Assembly (NCBI RefSeq): GCF_009914755.1
Contig: NC_060930.1
Direction: 5' to 3' (one strand)
DNA: 64,000 nt
Source of the DNA: the human T2T-CHM13v2.0 reference genome, Homo sapiens
Each line of letters begins with the position of its first letter. Position 1 is the first letter of the stretch. Shown here one piece after another: positions 18,801-35,023 of this stretch. A program made the position numbers and the translations under genes. The notes below the pieces were generated by a model. It searched no databases and had not been told where the DNA came from. It saw nothing but the letters and a program-made list of their open reading frames with translations.

Positions 18801-20457
18801 TACAGGTTAGAAAAGTGAGCTGACACTAGCACGCTAAAAATATATTTCACATCTATCAAAATATACTTTTAGTTTAATTTATCCAATCTACCATAGATAA
18901 TACACAATAGATATCTGACTTTATATCTGTGACAATATTCAATCATTTTAAAAGGGGGTAGGGGGCAGATATATTGCTTTAGAAGTACTCCTACCATTCT
19001 AAAAATACTGTCCCGCAGCTGTTTAAAATTTATTTTTTTAGACCATAGCACCACTGTTTGGTTGTTTCCAATTTCTAAAACCACAAATAGTAAAAGTGTA
19101 CTCAGTCTACTGCAAACATAAATAGCAAATGCACGCTTCAGCACTTTTTAAAGGATATGGAAATTGGCAACAAAAATGCAGTTCATGTTGAAAATTTACG
19201 ACAGCCCTGCCATATTTCTTCAGAAATACAATCAGGTAAAAATTAGGAAGATCTCTACCAGCTGGGTGGTATTTTTGTGTTTTTATACTTATATTTTCAC
19301 TAACTGAAAGACTTTCATTATGCAATTTCTGGCACTTGATAAAATAGAGCAATAGTACCTTTGCTAAAACCACAGTTTCTTTGGTTATGTTTAGCATTAC
19401 ACAAACATCTTTCACCTTAGATATCCTTTTGCATTAGAGTGTTTAATTTTAAATTGACTGAAGGGAATAACTTTTTTCAGAATATTATGCTTTCTGGATA
19501 TCACTAAGCACAAGAATTGTATTTTCATGATTTCTCAAAGATCATGTGTATGTGTTTCAATTATTAGGCATTTGGTTCCATAAAAAGTGTGACAACTACT
19601 GATAAAAGATGAGAATACAAAAATGATTCAAGAAAACATGGAGAAGATTGACTTACAGTGTTGCTATATTATTTTTTTAAAACCCTGTCTTTATAAAATA
19701 CGTAAAAAGCCACAACATGGATTTACCATCTCTTCCTTGGTAAAGATACATCTAAAATAACACATCCTCAGCTTCTGAGGAGAAGAAAAAAAAATCCCTG
19801 GTACAAAAGGTTAACATAAAAAATAGTATGCTAAATTCAACAGTGGAGGAAGAAGTTTCGTTTTAAGACATAATTCTTCAATACTCATTTCTCATTTTAA
19901 TATTAAAATTGCTACTACATATTTAAATTGGTTTTAAGTATCAGAAATAGGAATAAAGATTATTTTTTAATATTTTGATGCATCCAATAAAATTGTGTTC
20001 AATTAACACTGAATGAACAAATAATCAAGTAAATGGAGAGAAAATGTCACTTGATCATTTCAGATTTTTTCATGAAATTTTTAAAATAAATGACTCAAAA
20101 ACTCATGAACAATAGTTCATACTATGATCTAATAACTTAAATGATTTGAAAGAAAAATAAATCTACCAAGGAATTTTTAAGTGGCTCCTGTTTTACATGG
20201 TGTTTCTTCTTTACATACATTGTTACTAAGTGCATTTAACCAATAAACATTTTTAAAAGATCAGTTAAATTGTGCTATTTGGTTGGATGAATACTTCATA
20301 TATCCTCTATAATACATGCTTTTTAAAACTAATTAAAAAATAAGAATTCAAATTGAAATATGCAATGTAACAAAATTAAGGTAAACTATGAGAAAGACAA
20401 AAGTTTTGTGGTATTTGCAGAAAAAAATTGACAATACTATTTTTTCATTTACATAAA

Positions 20458-20554
20458 ATAAGAAGATAAAGAGTGAAAAACCATTATGCATTGTATTTTT
20501 AGGGCCCACATGTATTGGGACCTAAAAATACAATGCATAATGGTTTTACCCCAT
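20458..20554 (-). ncRNA. MIR586: pre-miRNA hairpin miR-586 (mature arm 20518-20539, UAUGCAUUGUAUUUUUAGGUCC)
   Basis: 32-bp inverted arms (20477-20508 and 20516-20547) with one mismatch and a 7-nt loop. The minus-strand sequence matches my recollection of hsa-mir-586. Confidence 0.9.
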
Positions 20555-23334
20555 GTCTTTTAATAAGAATTTGACTTTGTTAGATAATTGCTTTTCTTTG
20601 AATTTACAAAGTGTAAAGTGAGTCTAACTGCCATATTAATCACCAAAAAAACCCAAATTACATACAACGTAAGAAACTTAAAGCTGTATTTCTCATCTGC
20701 AATTAGCATCTATTCAGACTGTAAACTTACAAAAGCATTCAGATTTCTTCTTACTCTGAATACTGTTTAATAACCCAAACTTGATAATGTTCCATCACTG
20801 CATTTCTAGAAATAAAAAAATCTCTCAAAGTTCTCAACTTATCTTTTGGTCTGCTGAACAAGATATTATCTGAAATGTTATATGCTTTGAATACCCATTT
20901 TTACTTTAAAATGATACTTAATCATATCTTCTTAAGAGCTGGTCTAATCAATATGAAAGCCAGGCAGGAACAAAAAAATATTTTAAAAATAGCTTTTCAA
21001 AATAGGAATACATATTCTAGTGATGCAGTTTTCTGATTTGAAACAGGATCACTTTTACAAATACTGAGTGTCATTTTGTATTCAACAGCAGCAGAAAAAA
21101 AAGGTATAAATGTCTACCTCATTTGCTATAATGTAAGTTCTTAGATGGAAATACTGAATTAAACACTGGTGGCTTATGGAACACACAAGCCTTGCAATTT
21201 AAAACTAGAAACCTTCCTCCTAATACTTTGTTATATCTTTAGGTTAAAATATTTGTTTTCTTAATTAACCATAAGAAAACAAAGAAAAAGAAAAGAATCA
21301 GTCCTAATACATTAATTTGCTGAAATTTTCACTTGTGAAAACAAATCAAGTTTCAGAACTTGGGAATAGCATATAACAATGAATCAATGTCTCATCTGTA
21401 ACAACGACACAGTTAAAATAACTTCTTGATATAAGTTAATTTTTAAGAAAATTAGTTTGATCCAGGGTTATTTATAACAGGTAACATGAGTGGTTTTTGA
21501 CTAAGCTGCTATATCTTTTTAATTCTATATACACAGTCCTTGAGTTACTCTGAGTTAAGTCACACTACCTGAAGTTACATTTGGAACACCAACATCTTAA
21601 TTATTATCATGAAATAGCTACCTATTATTTTTAAGTAAATGTACTAACTTCTAATCATATCTGTTATTTTAAGCTTTGAATAATATGAAACTAAATCATG
21701 TAATTAAGGATATAGAAAAATGCAACAGAATAGCTTTATAACAGACCAATTACAACACTTTATTTCCCATACTGTTACTTAACAAATATCTGTGCTATTT
21801 TATAACATTTTAAAATCTTAAGACTAGAAATAATTACATCTTTTACTAGTGCTTATAAGGGCTGTTGTCATCTTTAAAGACACAACATCTTTAAAATTAG
21901 AAATGCATACAATTTTATATTTCAAAATGTATTAACTCAAAGACAATAAAATACACCTATTTCTTAAGATCTATTTTAAAATACTGTTGTTGCATTGGAT
22001 TAAATGTATATATGTGATTAATGAATGCTTCCAATATAAAGATTTAAGTCTATTTTTCCTTGCCAGAAAAAAACAACTCAGCTTAATTTTTAACTATTTT
22101 ATTATACCCTTCAGAACTTAAAATTATATACAAATAATGTAACCTGAGACCTGCTCTGGTCATCTGAGGAATTACAATTAGAGCATGAATCTCCACAATT
22201 CTGCAGCACCTTAAGTAATTTTATAAAAAAAAGTATTTTTTGCATATTTCTTTAACTCCATTAAGATCATTTCCTGGGCTTCTTACAGTGAAAAAAAAAA
22301 GTCATTTGTTTTAGAATAAAGAATACAGCAAAAATACTTCGTCATCCAAAAGACTATTTTTCCTACATTATGGTCAGGCAACCAACCCCACTAAATATAG
22401 AAGACTGACATTTGTAGGTAATTCAATAGTCAGATGATAATTCTTCAGTAGTTTCACAGTAGCATAATTTTTCACATTACTTGAAACCACTGTTAAACCT
22501 ATAACACATTTTCTGTTTCTCTGTGGGTATTTTTTTCTGTCTTTAACCCTAAAAGGAATATGTTTCATCTGACAGCAGTACAAAAGCCATTCATAATTCA
22601 GAAATGTTTTCCTTTTTTGCAATCAATACATGACTTTGAACTCAGGTTTTTCAAAGATTAGTTAAACATTATGTTTCTTTAAGTCTAGAGCCTTATTTAT
22701 GTGAGTCTGTGGCTTAACTGACAAGAATTTTTCTGTTCCAAGGAAAGTCAGTCAGTTTGTATCTGAAATACTATAATCTAGCTTCCGTCCATATAAACAT
22801 CTGCAAAGACTCACTCAGTCAAATGTTATACACCCCATCAACCAAATCAGAGACTGTAAGAATCATTATTCTGTGCGACAGATAAAAATCTTCTGTGCAA
22901 TAGAGAAAAATGAAAAGCAAAATGATGAAAGAAAAACATTTATAATTTTGAAAATTAATTAGTAACAATACTCAGTGTAAATATTTGTTAACATTTCTTA
23001 TTCAATTCTACAAATGTTTAATAAAATCCTAAAATGTAAACATAATGAGTGCTGTATTTATATGTTCTCTAATTGTATTATCATACAAAATATTGTTTGT
23101 ATAACTGCCATATATATTTTGTCTATTTCTAGTAAGTTACCATTAAATGAAAGTTAAATTGTTCAATGTTGAATGAAAGCAAGTATGACTTATTACATTA
23201 ATAAAAAATTAACCCATGATCAAAATGTCTAAAGTATATCCCATTTTGATGCACATTTTAAAAATATTAACAAACTTAACAAGATCCTAAAGCCTCATAT
23301 TTTTTAGGTGCAGCTGGTAAAAAAACTAACAGAT

Positions 23335-23530
23335 ATCATATGCTAATAGTACTTATGATGTGCAAAGTACTGTTTGTAAGCACTTTACATTTTTGAACCT
23401 TCTTAATGCTCAGAACACCTTTCACTTTAGAGACAATAAAAAATGAAGCTCATAGGGGTTAAGCAGCTTACCAGAAGTCACACAGTTATTAAGTGACAGT
23501 TTGGTTCCAAAGTCCATTCTCTTTAGGCCT
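23335..23530 (-). mobile_element. MIR SINE
   Basis: Reverse MIR core: aaatgaagctcataggggttaagcagcttaccagaagtcacacag. Confidence 0.7.
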
Positions 23531-26059
23531 ACCCTGAAAAGCATCACTGTAATATAAGATTTTTTTTTAATTTGAAAGAAGAAAACTGTGGTATTCACTG
23601 ACATAATGCCTAGAACAAATATGTCAAATATTCTTATTTGAGGATGCTACCATAAACTTTATATAAATTACATACTGGTAATAAATGTACCTTATTTGTA
23701 ATCATTTTCATTCAAAGTAACAAAATCAAAGTTTCTCTCTTGTCAATTTGAATTAAACAGTCATGTGTACAAATATACACATAAGCACCTATGTATTACT
23801 TCCTTATGGGAACAATACGAAGATTTCAATATAAACGAATTTACTAAAATCAAGCATAAAAATATTTTCTGATGATTAGTAACTTACATAATAATTAAGT
23901 ATACATGTTAACTTGCATTTCATTAACCAAAATTTTAATATTTAAGCTTAAGTGAATGATACGGGTAACATAATCATTCATTTTATTTGTAATGTGAACT
24001 AAAAGTTACCCTTTCAACTGTCTTATTTTTTAAAGTTCAGTGTAATCCTAGAGTTTAACATATGAATTGGTAAATGCAAATAATCTCATACTGCAACTTG
24101 CCAACTTAAAATGCAAGAATTCATTTCTAATTGGTTGGTTTATTGCTCACTCAGAAAATTTTTATTTCTTTTTCAGTGAATACTGTTTCACATTTGGTAA
24201 AATACAGGAAGTCACACCACCAATGGAATGCGATTATCTATAATGAGAGTTAGTTATTCCATATTCCCATTTTTAAAAATAAATTAATATATCAACACAC
24301 TCTGTAAAATTTATATAAACTTAAAAATACTAGTGAGCTGAAAGTGGAAAAAAACATAATCGGAATAATTTCATAACATGCATAATCATTCTTCACAGAA
24401 TTTTTATTACCCAGTATGGAATGGATTATAGTAAATGTACTTCACACATGCTGTTTCTTATTCAAAAGGAAACACAGAATAGGACAGAGAGAACTTCCAG
24501 CCAAATCTTCATTCTAATCCAACAGTCATGGACGCCACTGTAATTGAAAGACATTTCCAAACAGATAGCTGTGGACCCCATTTTCCTTTAAAATAATATG
24601 TCTTTCACATCTGTTCCAACTAAAACATGTGTGTTCTTAAAATTTACCAAACTACCTTATGCTTAGTTTTTAAAATATTAACAGTTTTATATTGTTCTGC
24701 TTAATTTGCAACTAGTTAAGCCCATAAAATGTACATTTTCAAATTATGTTAACATGTTAAAAAGTAGTAGAATATGCACGACTAATCAACATTTTACATC
24801 TGTGATTTCCAAAGTTAGGAAACCTCAATTGTTTTTCACTGACTCAAGCAACTTCTTAAAATGGTACAAATCATATATTTTGCCATTATAATATTAAGGT
24901 GACTTCATTTTATTTTCACTTTGAATATCTTCCAAAATAAGAAATCCAGCTCTCAAAATCAGGCATCAAAAGCAATACTATTAACTCTTTTGACATACCC
25001 AATAATTGGAAATTAAAAATAAATCATGCAATATTTAGACATTATCTGTCATAAGAATCTTTTAATAATGATGATACCTTCCTTGGAACGTTTACAAAAT
25101 TATAAAATTGCAGATAATTATGAAACGGTTTAAAAAAAATTTCACATCCAGAATATAAAAATAAAATAGTATAAAAGAAAGAAGAGGAGAAAACAGAAAA
25201 AGGAAAACAATGAAGGCCTTACATACTTGTTAAAGTCAAAACTACTGCAACAAAAATTTAGGATTACTTTTTATATAACAGTATCTTCAAAAGCATTTAC
25301 AAAGTTAATAAAAACTTAATCAGATTGCTTTTACCCAATGATCTTTTGTATAACGTAGTCAAATATCCCATTTAGAAGTTTGCCTAAATAATTGTATCCA
25401 TAAACTTTTCCTAGTCATTAGCGTCAAAAAATACCTTGTACATTATTACTACTCGTACTATCAAAATCTCTATTTTGAAATATCATTGTCATTCCATTTG
25501 GAGCATTAACCTAGAACGGACAAAAAATGTTCATCAATATTATAAATCTGACATTTATAAATAATATACAATTCTATTTAATGAACTAAAGAGCAAATTG
25601 ATTTAACAGAGGTAGTTAGTACTTACACATTTTACACTGACTTTCAGGTGCAGATATTCATAATGTAGAAATAAATGATAATATAAATTGAAGAAATCCT
25701 ACAAATGTATGTGTGTGTGTGTATATATATATAAATCACTAGAGATCAATTACAGAGCAGCATCAAATACAAGACAGTAAGATATAGATTATACACAAAT
25801 ACTGATAAAATATAAGGTAAAGATAACATAATCAAGGATGAGAATATTGATGAAAGACTCCATGAAGGAAGTCTTGCACCACAGTTTGGAGGAAGATCTC
25901 GAAATAAAATAAAATACAGGTTTTATAAAGCAGTCATTTAAGTGGATAGAGAATACAGGGCATGGAGTAAATGGCGAGGAACACAGGCACTGAGGAGACA
26001 GAAAACACCATGTAAAGACAACATGCAAAACAACCGAAATAAAGGAGGTGCAGTCCATA

Positions 26060-27256
<1,197 letters not shown>

Positions 27257-27449
27257 TTATAAAGAATCTACTTTGGTGATTTCTGACTATACTCATCAGA
27301 GCCTTTGGGTTCAAGGAGGACAAGAGTCAGGAAGATGCTCGTTCCTTCCACATATATTCTCCACCTCTGCATCAAACAGATCTGCTTCAATCTTATGTGT
27401 TTTTAACATATCGAGTCATCACATAACATTTCATTTGGGGGGAAAAGTT

Positions 27450-27960
27450 TGAAAACCTCTATGCTGAAAAATTTCCAAATCTTGATGCAGTCCTTCCATT
27501 CAAATACAATCCTTTCCTGGAATCACTCCCAGGCTACTGACTGACAGAAACCACCCCTAATAACTCAGGCTGAAACCCAAAATCACCTTAATTTTTGATT
27601 CCTTGACTCCTCCATATCTAATCAATCACCAGATCCTATTATTATTCCTTTCTTACATTAACCCATTTTTCTCATTCTCACTATTGTCAGTTTAAAACAG
27701 ATTCAGACCCTTCTTATTCCTGAAATTACTATACCAAGTAATTTTACTTCCTAACTTGCTTGCTTAACTCCAATCTCCCCTTCATTAAATATGCCCATGT
27801 TGGGCTCAACTTTCTCATGCAGTACTTTCATTTTAACTATAGAAATAATATCTCGTAGATTCCAGTTTTATACTGTACTATAAAGCAAAACCAAATTCCC
27901 ATCTCTGACTTTTGAAATCCTCTTTCTATAACCTGCCCAAACTAGCTACTCAACCTATTA
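27450..27960 (+). mobile_element. L2 fragment
   Basis: Degenerate L2-like pyrimidine-rich sequence (ccatatctaatcaatcaccagatcct). Confidence 0.5.
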
Positions 27961-28315
27961 GATTTCCTTCTCCTTCTATCAGATTGGTTTTTTAGTTTTC
28001 TCAAAAGTACATTGGAATCATTTAAGCAGGATATTTTACACTTCTATCTACAGATGCAAAGTAGTATGCCCTAAGTTACTGAAGACCATCAGACATAACA
28101 TAGAAGGACTCCATGTTGCCAGTTTTCCGAGTTTGCACTATTGGAATGATCTTTATTTATTCCCACATTTTCTATAGTTTCCACCTCCATTAGGTCATGG
28201 CATACCATTCCACAATTACATAATATAAAATTCCTGAAATTCTGATAAACTTTATATAATGTATAGCTTACAAAATGCAATTCATAGATAAGAAAAGGAA
28301 GCTCAAAAAAGCAAT

Positions 28316-28622
28316 GGTTGCGGGTGGTGGCTCATGCTGTAATCTCAGCACTTTGGGAGGCCGAGGATGGCGGATCACTTGAGGTCAGGAGTTTGAGACC
28401 AGCCTAGCCAACATGGTGAAACCCCATCTCTACTAAAAATACAAAAATGACCTGGGCATGGTGGCAAGTGCCTGTAATCCTAGCTACCCGGGAGGCTGAG
28501 GCAGGAGAATTGCTTGAACCTGGGAGGCAGAGGCTGCAGTGAGCCAAGATTGCGCCACTCTACTCCAGCCTGGGTGACACAGCAAGACTCTGTCTCAAAA
28601 AAAACAAAACAAAACAAAAAAA
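28316..28622 (+). mobile_element. AluS
   Basis: Full dimer, (CAAAA)n tail, aagcaat flanks. Confidence 0.95.
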
Positions 28623-28884
28623 CCAGTAAGCAATGTGTTCAAAGTTACACCACTAAGTTAATGGCAGTGCTGAAAACAGACTACCAGTTGAGATCAGCTC
28701 ACTGCCTTTTTCTTATGATCAGCTACAATTATTTTCACAGAAGGCCTTAAAATTCAACAATTATGAGAAATGATTCTAGAGTCACAGTGCTGGAGTTTGA
28801 AAATAGGTCACAACACTTACTTGAAAATAAAATTTGACATTCCATTATATTAATTTTTAGCTATGTATCTATGCAGTATGTAAG

Positions 28885-30350
28885 ACTCATTCATTTAACC
28901 AGCATTTAGCAAGCACCTACCATGTGTGAGAGATACAATACTGAACAAAACTGACTAAAATACATTTATGAAGAACATGTGTTAGTAAGGAAGAATAATA
29001 TATGAATAAATGAATATGTAAATTAGATATTTACAGTGTCACACAGAGATAAGGCTATGAAGAAAAATTAGGTAGAAATGGCAAGTAGAGAAGGGAAAGA
29101 CTGCTATTTCAAATATGGCGATCAATGAGGTCTTCAATGATGAGGAGACCTTTAAGCAGGAACATGAGGAAGAGAGTAAGAAGATATTTGAGGAAAGAAT
29201 ATTCTAGCAGAAGGTGAGGGCAAGAGCAGAAGAAACTGAGATCAGAAAAGTAGTGAAAAGTGAGGACACACAGCCCATCATAAAATATGTGACTTTTACT
29301 CTGAATAAAATGAGAAGCCATTAAAGAATTTCAAATTATAAAAGTAAAAAAAAAATCTAATTTAAATATTTAAAATTTCACTCAATATCACAGGAAGAAT
29401 AAAACAAGGGGCAGGGGGTAGAAATGAAAAACAGGAGCAAAAGTAGTTGCAGAAAGACAGACCTATTACAAGAATAAAATCCAAGTAAAAGATAGTAATG
29501 ACTAAGAGCAATGTGTAGCAGTGGAAAGAAATGTGGGCTGTGAGAGAGTTAAAGATAACTCCAAAGATTTTGACCTGCTGGAAGTAAAGAATTGCCAAAT
29601 AGATTGCTGAGATGAGGGGGAGATGGCAGCAGGAGCATGTTTGAGGGAATATAAGGACCTGGTTTTGGCTACACTAAATTTGAGAAATCTACCAGACATT
29701 CAAGTGGAGAGAGAGGTATAGTACTGATTTCAATATGTGAACAAGGAGTTCAGAGGAAAGCTCTATGTGGAGTAGTCAGAAACAGTTGGGTATATGGTAT
29801 TTAATATTGAAAACCACAGGACTGGATGAGATCAACTATAGGTTAAGTTTAGATAGAGAAGATAAGAAACAAAGGCTGAAACCTAGCACAATCCATTGTT
29901 CAGAGATCCAGAAGAAGAAAAGCAAACAACATCTAGGAGATGAGTAGAAACGACTTAGTGAAGTTAAACCTAAATAAATAAAAATAAACCAGAAGACTGA
30001 GGTGTTCTGGAAGTCAAGTGAATGAAGTCTTTTAAAGAGGAGGGTGAACAACTGTGTCAAATGCTATTGATAGGTCAAGGAAGATAAGGACTGAAAACTA
30101 GCCACTGGATTTAGCAATATAAAGGTCAGTGGTGAACCTGAGAAGAGCAGCTTTGGTGGAGTGATAAAAGGAAAAAGTCTGACTGAAGTAAATTTTAGAA
30201 AGAATGGGAGGATAAAAACTGGAGATAGGGAGAAAGCAATTCCTTTGAGAAATTATGCTAAAAAGGAAGCAAGATAATGGGATGGTAAATAGAGACTAAT
30301 GTATGATCTAGATGTTGTGTTTGTTGTTTAAGATGAGTAAAATTCATGCA
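28885..30350 (-). mobile_element. L2 (long 3' fragment)
   Basis: Begins tcattcatttaaccagcatttagcaagcacctac (reverse L2 3' end). Purine-rich body with gataggtcaaggaagataaggactga...ccactggatttagca. Confidence 0.82.
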
Positions 30351-31200
30351 AGTCTGTATGTCATTTGTGGCAAGTCTACTTGGTGCCATTTTTCAACAGC
30401 ATGGGCTCATTTCATATCTCTGTGTCATGTTTTGATAATTCTCACAACATTTTAAACTCTTCACTAGTTTCGCACCTGTTATAGTGATCTGTGATCACTG
30501 ATTTTTGATGCTACCACTGTAATTGTTTGGGGGCACCAAGAACCAGGCCCATATAAAATAGCAAATTTAATTGATACATATTGTGTATATTCTGACTACT
30601 CTACCACCTGGCTATTCTCCCATCTCACACCCTCTCCTGGAGCCTACCTATTCCTCAAGATGCAACAAAATTGGAATTTGGCCAGTCAATAACCCTACAA
30701 TGGCCTCTAACTGTTCCAGTGAAAGTTAAAGTTTTACTTCTTCTACTTTAAATAAAAAGCTAGAAAGAATTAAGCTTAGTTAAGAAGATATGCCGAAAGT
30801 CAACACAGTCCAAAAGCTAAGCCTCTTGTGCCAAACAGTTAACCAAGTTGTGCATGAAAAGGGAAAGTTATTGGAGGAAATCAGAAGTGCTACTCCAGTG
30901 AATACAAGAATAAGAAAGCAAAACAACTTCATTGCTGATATGGAGAAAGTTTTAGTGGTCTGGGTAGATGATAATACCAGTTAGAACATTCCCATAAGCC
31001 AAAGCCTAATCTAGACCAAGGCATTAATTCTTCTCAATTCTATGAAGGCTGAGAAAGGTAAGGATTCAGAAGAAAAGTTAGAAACTGGCAGATGTTGGTT
31101 CATGAGGCTTAAGGAAATAAGCCATCTCCATAACATAAAAGTGCAAGGTGAAGGAGCAAACAATGATGTAGAAGCTGTAGCAACTTAACAAGAAGATCTA

Positions 31201-31551
<351 letters not shown>

Positions 31552-31650
31552 TCAGTGGAAACAAAACAACCTTCTACTGGAAGAAGATGCCATCTAAAAC
31601 TTCCATAGCTGGAGAGGAGAAGTCAATTCAAAGCTTCAAAAGACAGGCTG

Positions 31651-31720
31651 ACCCTCTTGTTAGGGGCTCATGAGGCTGATGACTTACCCTCTTGTTAGGG
31701 GCTCATGAGGCTGATGACTT
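31651..31720. repeat. Perfect 35-bp tandem duplication
   Basis: accctcttgttaggggctcatgaggctgatgactt x2. Confidence 0.97.
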
Positions 31721-32721
31721 TAAGTTGAAGCCAGTGTTCATTTATCATTCAGAAAAATGTCAGGCCCTTAAGAATTATACTAAATGTACTCTTCCTTTGC
31801 TCAGTAAATGAAATAACAAAGCCTGGATGACAGCATATCTACTTACAGCATGGTTCACTGAATAATTTAAGTCTACTGTTGAGACCTACTACTCAGAAAA
31901 AAGATTCCTTTCAAAATATTATTGCTCATTGACAATGTACCTGGTCACCCAAGAGCTCTGGTGGAGATATACGAGGAGATGAATGTTGTTTTCATGCCTG
32001 CTAGCACAACATCCATTCTGCAGCCCATGGATCAAGGAGTCAGCTCAACTTTCGAAATCTATTTCATGAGGCTACAGTTGCCACAGATAGTGATTCCTCT
32101 GACAGATGTGGGCAAAGTAAGTTGAAACCCTCTGGAAAGGAGTCACCATTCTAGATGCCACTAAGAACATTTGTGATTCATGGGAGAAGGTCAAAATATC
32201 AGCATCAATAGGAGTTTGGAAGAAGCTGATTTCAGCGCTCATGGATAACTTTTAGGGATTCAAAAATTCAGAGCAGGAAGTAACTGCTGATGTGGTAGAA
32301 ACTGTAAGAGAATTAGAATTAGAAGTAGAGCCTGTTGTGTGACTAAAGTGCTGCAATCTCATGATCAAACTTGAAGCAATGAGGAGTTGCTTCTTATGGA
32401 TGAGCAAAGAAAGTGGTTTCCTAAGATGAAATCTGTTCCTGGTGAAGATGTTGTGAACATTGTTGAAATGACTACAAATAATTTAGAATATTCCATAAAC
32501 ATAGTTGCTAAAGCAGATACAAGGTTTGAGAGAACTGAATCCAATTTTGAGAGAAGTTCTGCTGTGGGTAAAATGCTATTAAAGAGCATCATGTGCTATA
32601 GAGAAATCTTTTGTGAAAGCAAAAGCCAACTGGTGCAGCAAAGTTCATTGTTGTCTTATTTGAAGAAATTGCCTCAGCCACTCAAACTCAGCAGCTGTCA
32701 ACATCAAGGCAAGATCCTCTG

Positions 32722-32841
32722 CCAGCAAAAAGACTATGACACATTGAAGGTTCAGACGATACCAGCAAAAAGACCATGACACACTGAAGGCTCAGATGAT
32801 ATCAGCAAAAAGACTATGACACATTGAAGGCTCATATGATC
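32722..32841. repeat. 40-bp tandem triplication
   Basis: ccagcaaaaagactatgacacattgaaggytcagaygata x3 with a few substitutions. Confidence 0.95.
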
Positions 32842-32919
32842 AAGACAGCATTTTATAAAAATAAAGTATTTTTGTAATTAAGGTATGTATACTGCTTTTT
32901 TTTAAAGACATAAGGCTAC

Positions 32920-33540
32920 TGGAAAGGAAAATAAATCTCGGGACCCCAAAATCACTAAGCCAAAGGGAAAAGACAAGTTGGAGACTGTTAGGCAAATCTG
33001 CCATCCATTTTATTCCTAAATAAGACAGCTACAAAGATAAAAAGCTACATACTCACCTCACAATTTGCCCAGAAGGAAATTGCTTTTAGACAAAGGACAG
33101 ACAGAACTCAAAGTCATACTTCTGTTCACCTAGGACAAATGCATATCTGATTGCTTTCTCTGCCCTATTGTTTCACTAAGCCTGACAAAGGCATAAGTGA
33201 CTATTCCTCTACCCTCCTCTCACATATAAATTGTGTCTTCAGTAAAAGGCTAAGAGGCTCAAAAGAATGTAACCATTTTTCTCTTATCTACCTATAACCT
33301 GGAAGCCCCCTCTCCCACTTCAATAGGTTCTGCCTTTCTGGACAGAACTAATGTATATCTTACACATATTGATTGATATCTCATGTCTCCCTAAAATATG
33401 TAAAACCAAGCTGTGCTCTGACCACCTTGAGCACATGTCATCAGAACTTCCTGAGGCTGTCTCATGGGTGCATCCTTAACCTTGGCAAAATAAACTTTCT
33501 AAACTGATTGAGATCTGTCTCAGATACTTTTGCATTCACA
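32920..33540 (+). mobile_element. MER4-group (ERV1) solo LTR inside Tigger1
   Basis: Starts tggaaaggaaaataaatctcgggaccccaaaatcactaagcc; ends aataaactttctaaactgattgagatctgtctcagatacttttgcattcaca. Confidence 0.85.
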
Positions 33541-34367
33541 GACACTTAATAAACTATAGCATAGGGTAAATGTAACTTTTATAAGCACCAGGCAATCAAA
33601 AAATTCATGAGACTGACTTCATTGCGGTGGTCTGGAACTAAACCCACAATATCTCAGAAGCATGTCTGTGCTTCCAGTCTTTCTCTTAAAGATCCAAGAC
33701 CAGGTCCAAGTACAAGAATGGAAAAGAGAAGAAAAGGGAGCAAAAAGTAAAGTAAGCTCCCATCTGAACAAGCCTCTTTCAAGCACCAGTCCCAAAAGTT
33801 TTCCACCCAGTGACTTTCACTTTAACTGACCATTCCACAAAGGAGCATGGGAAAAGGTGTTTTTTATTAGACTCATTTTATTACACTTCCATTTTTTTTA
33901 AACAAAGAAGAAAAAAATTTTAATGAGTCAAAATTTCCCAACATAACTGTCTTTGAAAATAACAAGTACAAAAGTTACAAGCAAATACTTACATGGTTAA
34001 AAAATCTAATTTTTATAAATGTAAGTAAACTTTTATTTCTTAATGTTCTACAGTATCTCGATATCCATCTCTGTAAGGTGAAGTTGTAACAGTAAGGCTC
34101 CTACTCTCTCCCCTGCCCTTTCATGGTCCTCATACTTTATGTTTATTTTTATACTGTAAAGTTTATTAAGATTCATATTATCTCCCTTAAATACAAACAA
34201 GTCACTTATGTTTTGACCACAGAATGACTCTAAATTCTAAAAATCAATAAAAATGATTATTTTTATTATAATTATGTTCTGTGCTTTCCAAGTAGAGGAC
34301 AACGAACACATCTCCTTCGGTATTTGTCCAATAACATGGTCTCTAGGCCAATTAAAAGAGAATTCTG

Positions 34368-35023
<656 letters not shown>

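Noticed and set aside
19153-19235. Plus-strand exon-like frame DMEIGNKN...EIQS followed by gtaaaa
   Set aside because: Weak acceptor and donor, opposite to the inferred host strand; expected by chance.
25435-25510. 76-nt minus-strand exon-like segment (VNAPNGMTMIFQNRDFDSTSSNNVQ)
   Set aside because: The donor (AAG|gtattt) is only moderate, the peptide matches nothing I recognise, and the open frame is phase 0 rather than the presumed host phase.
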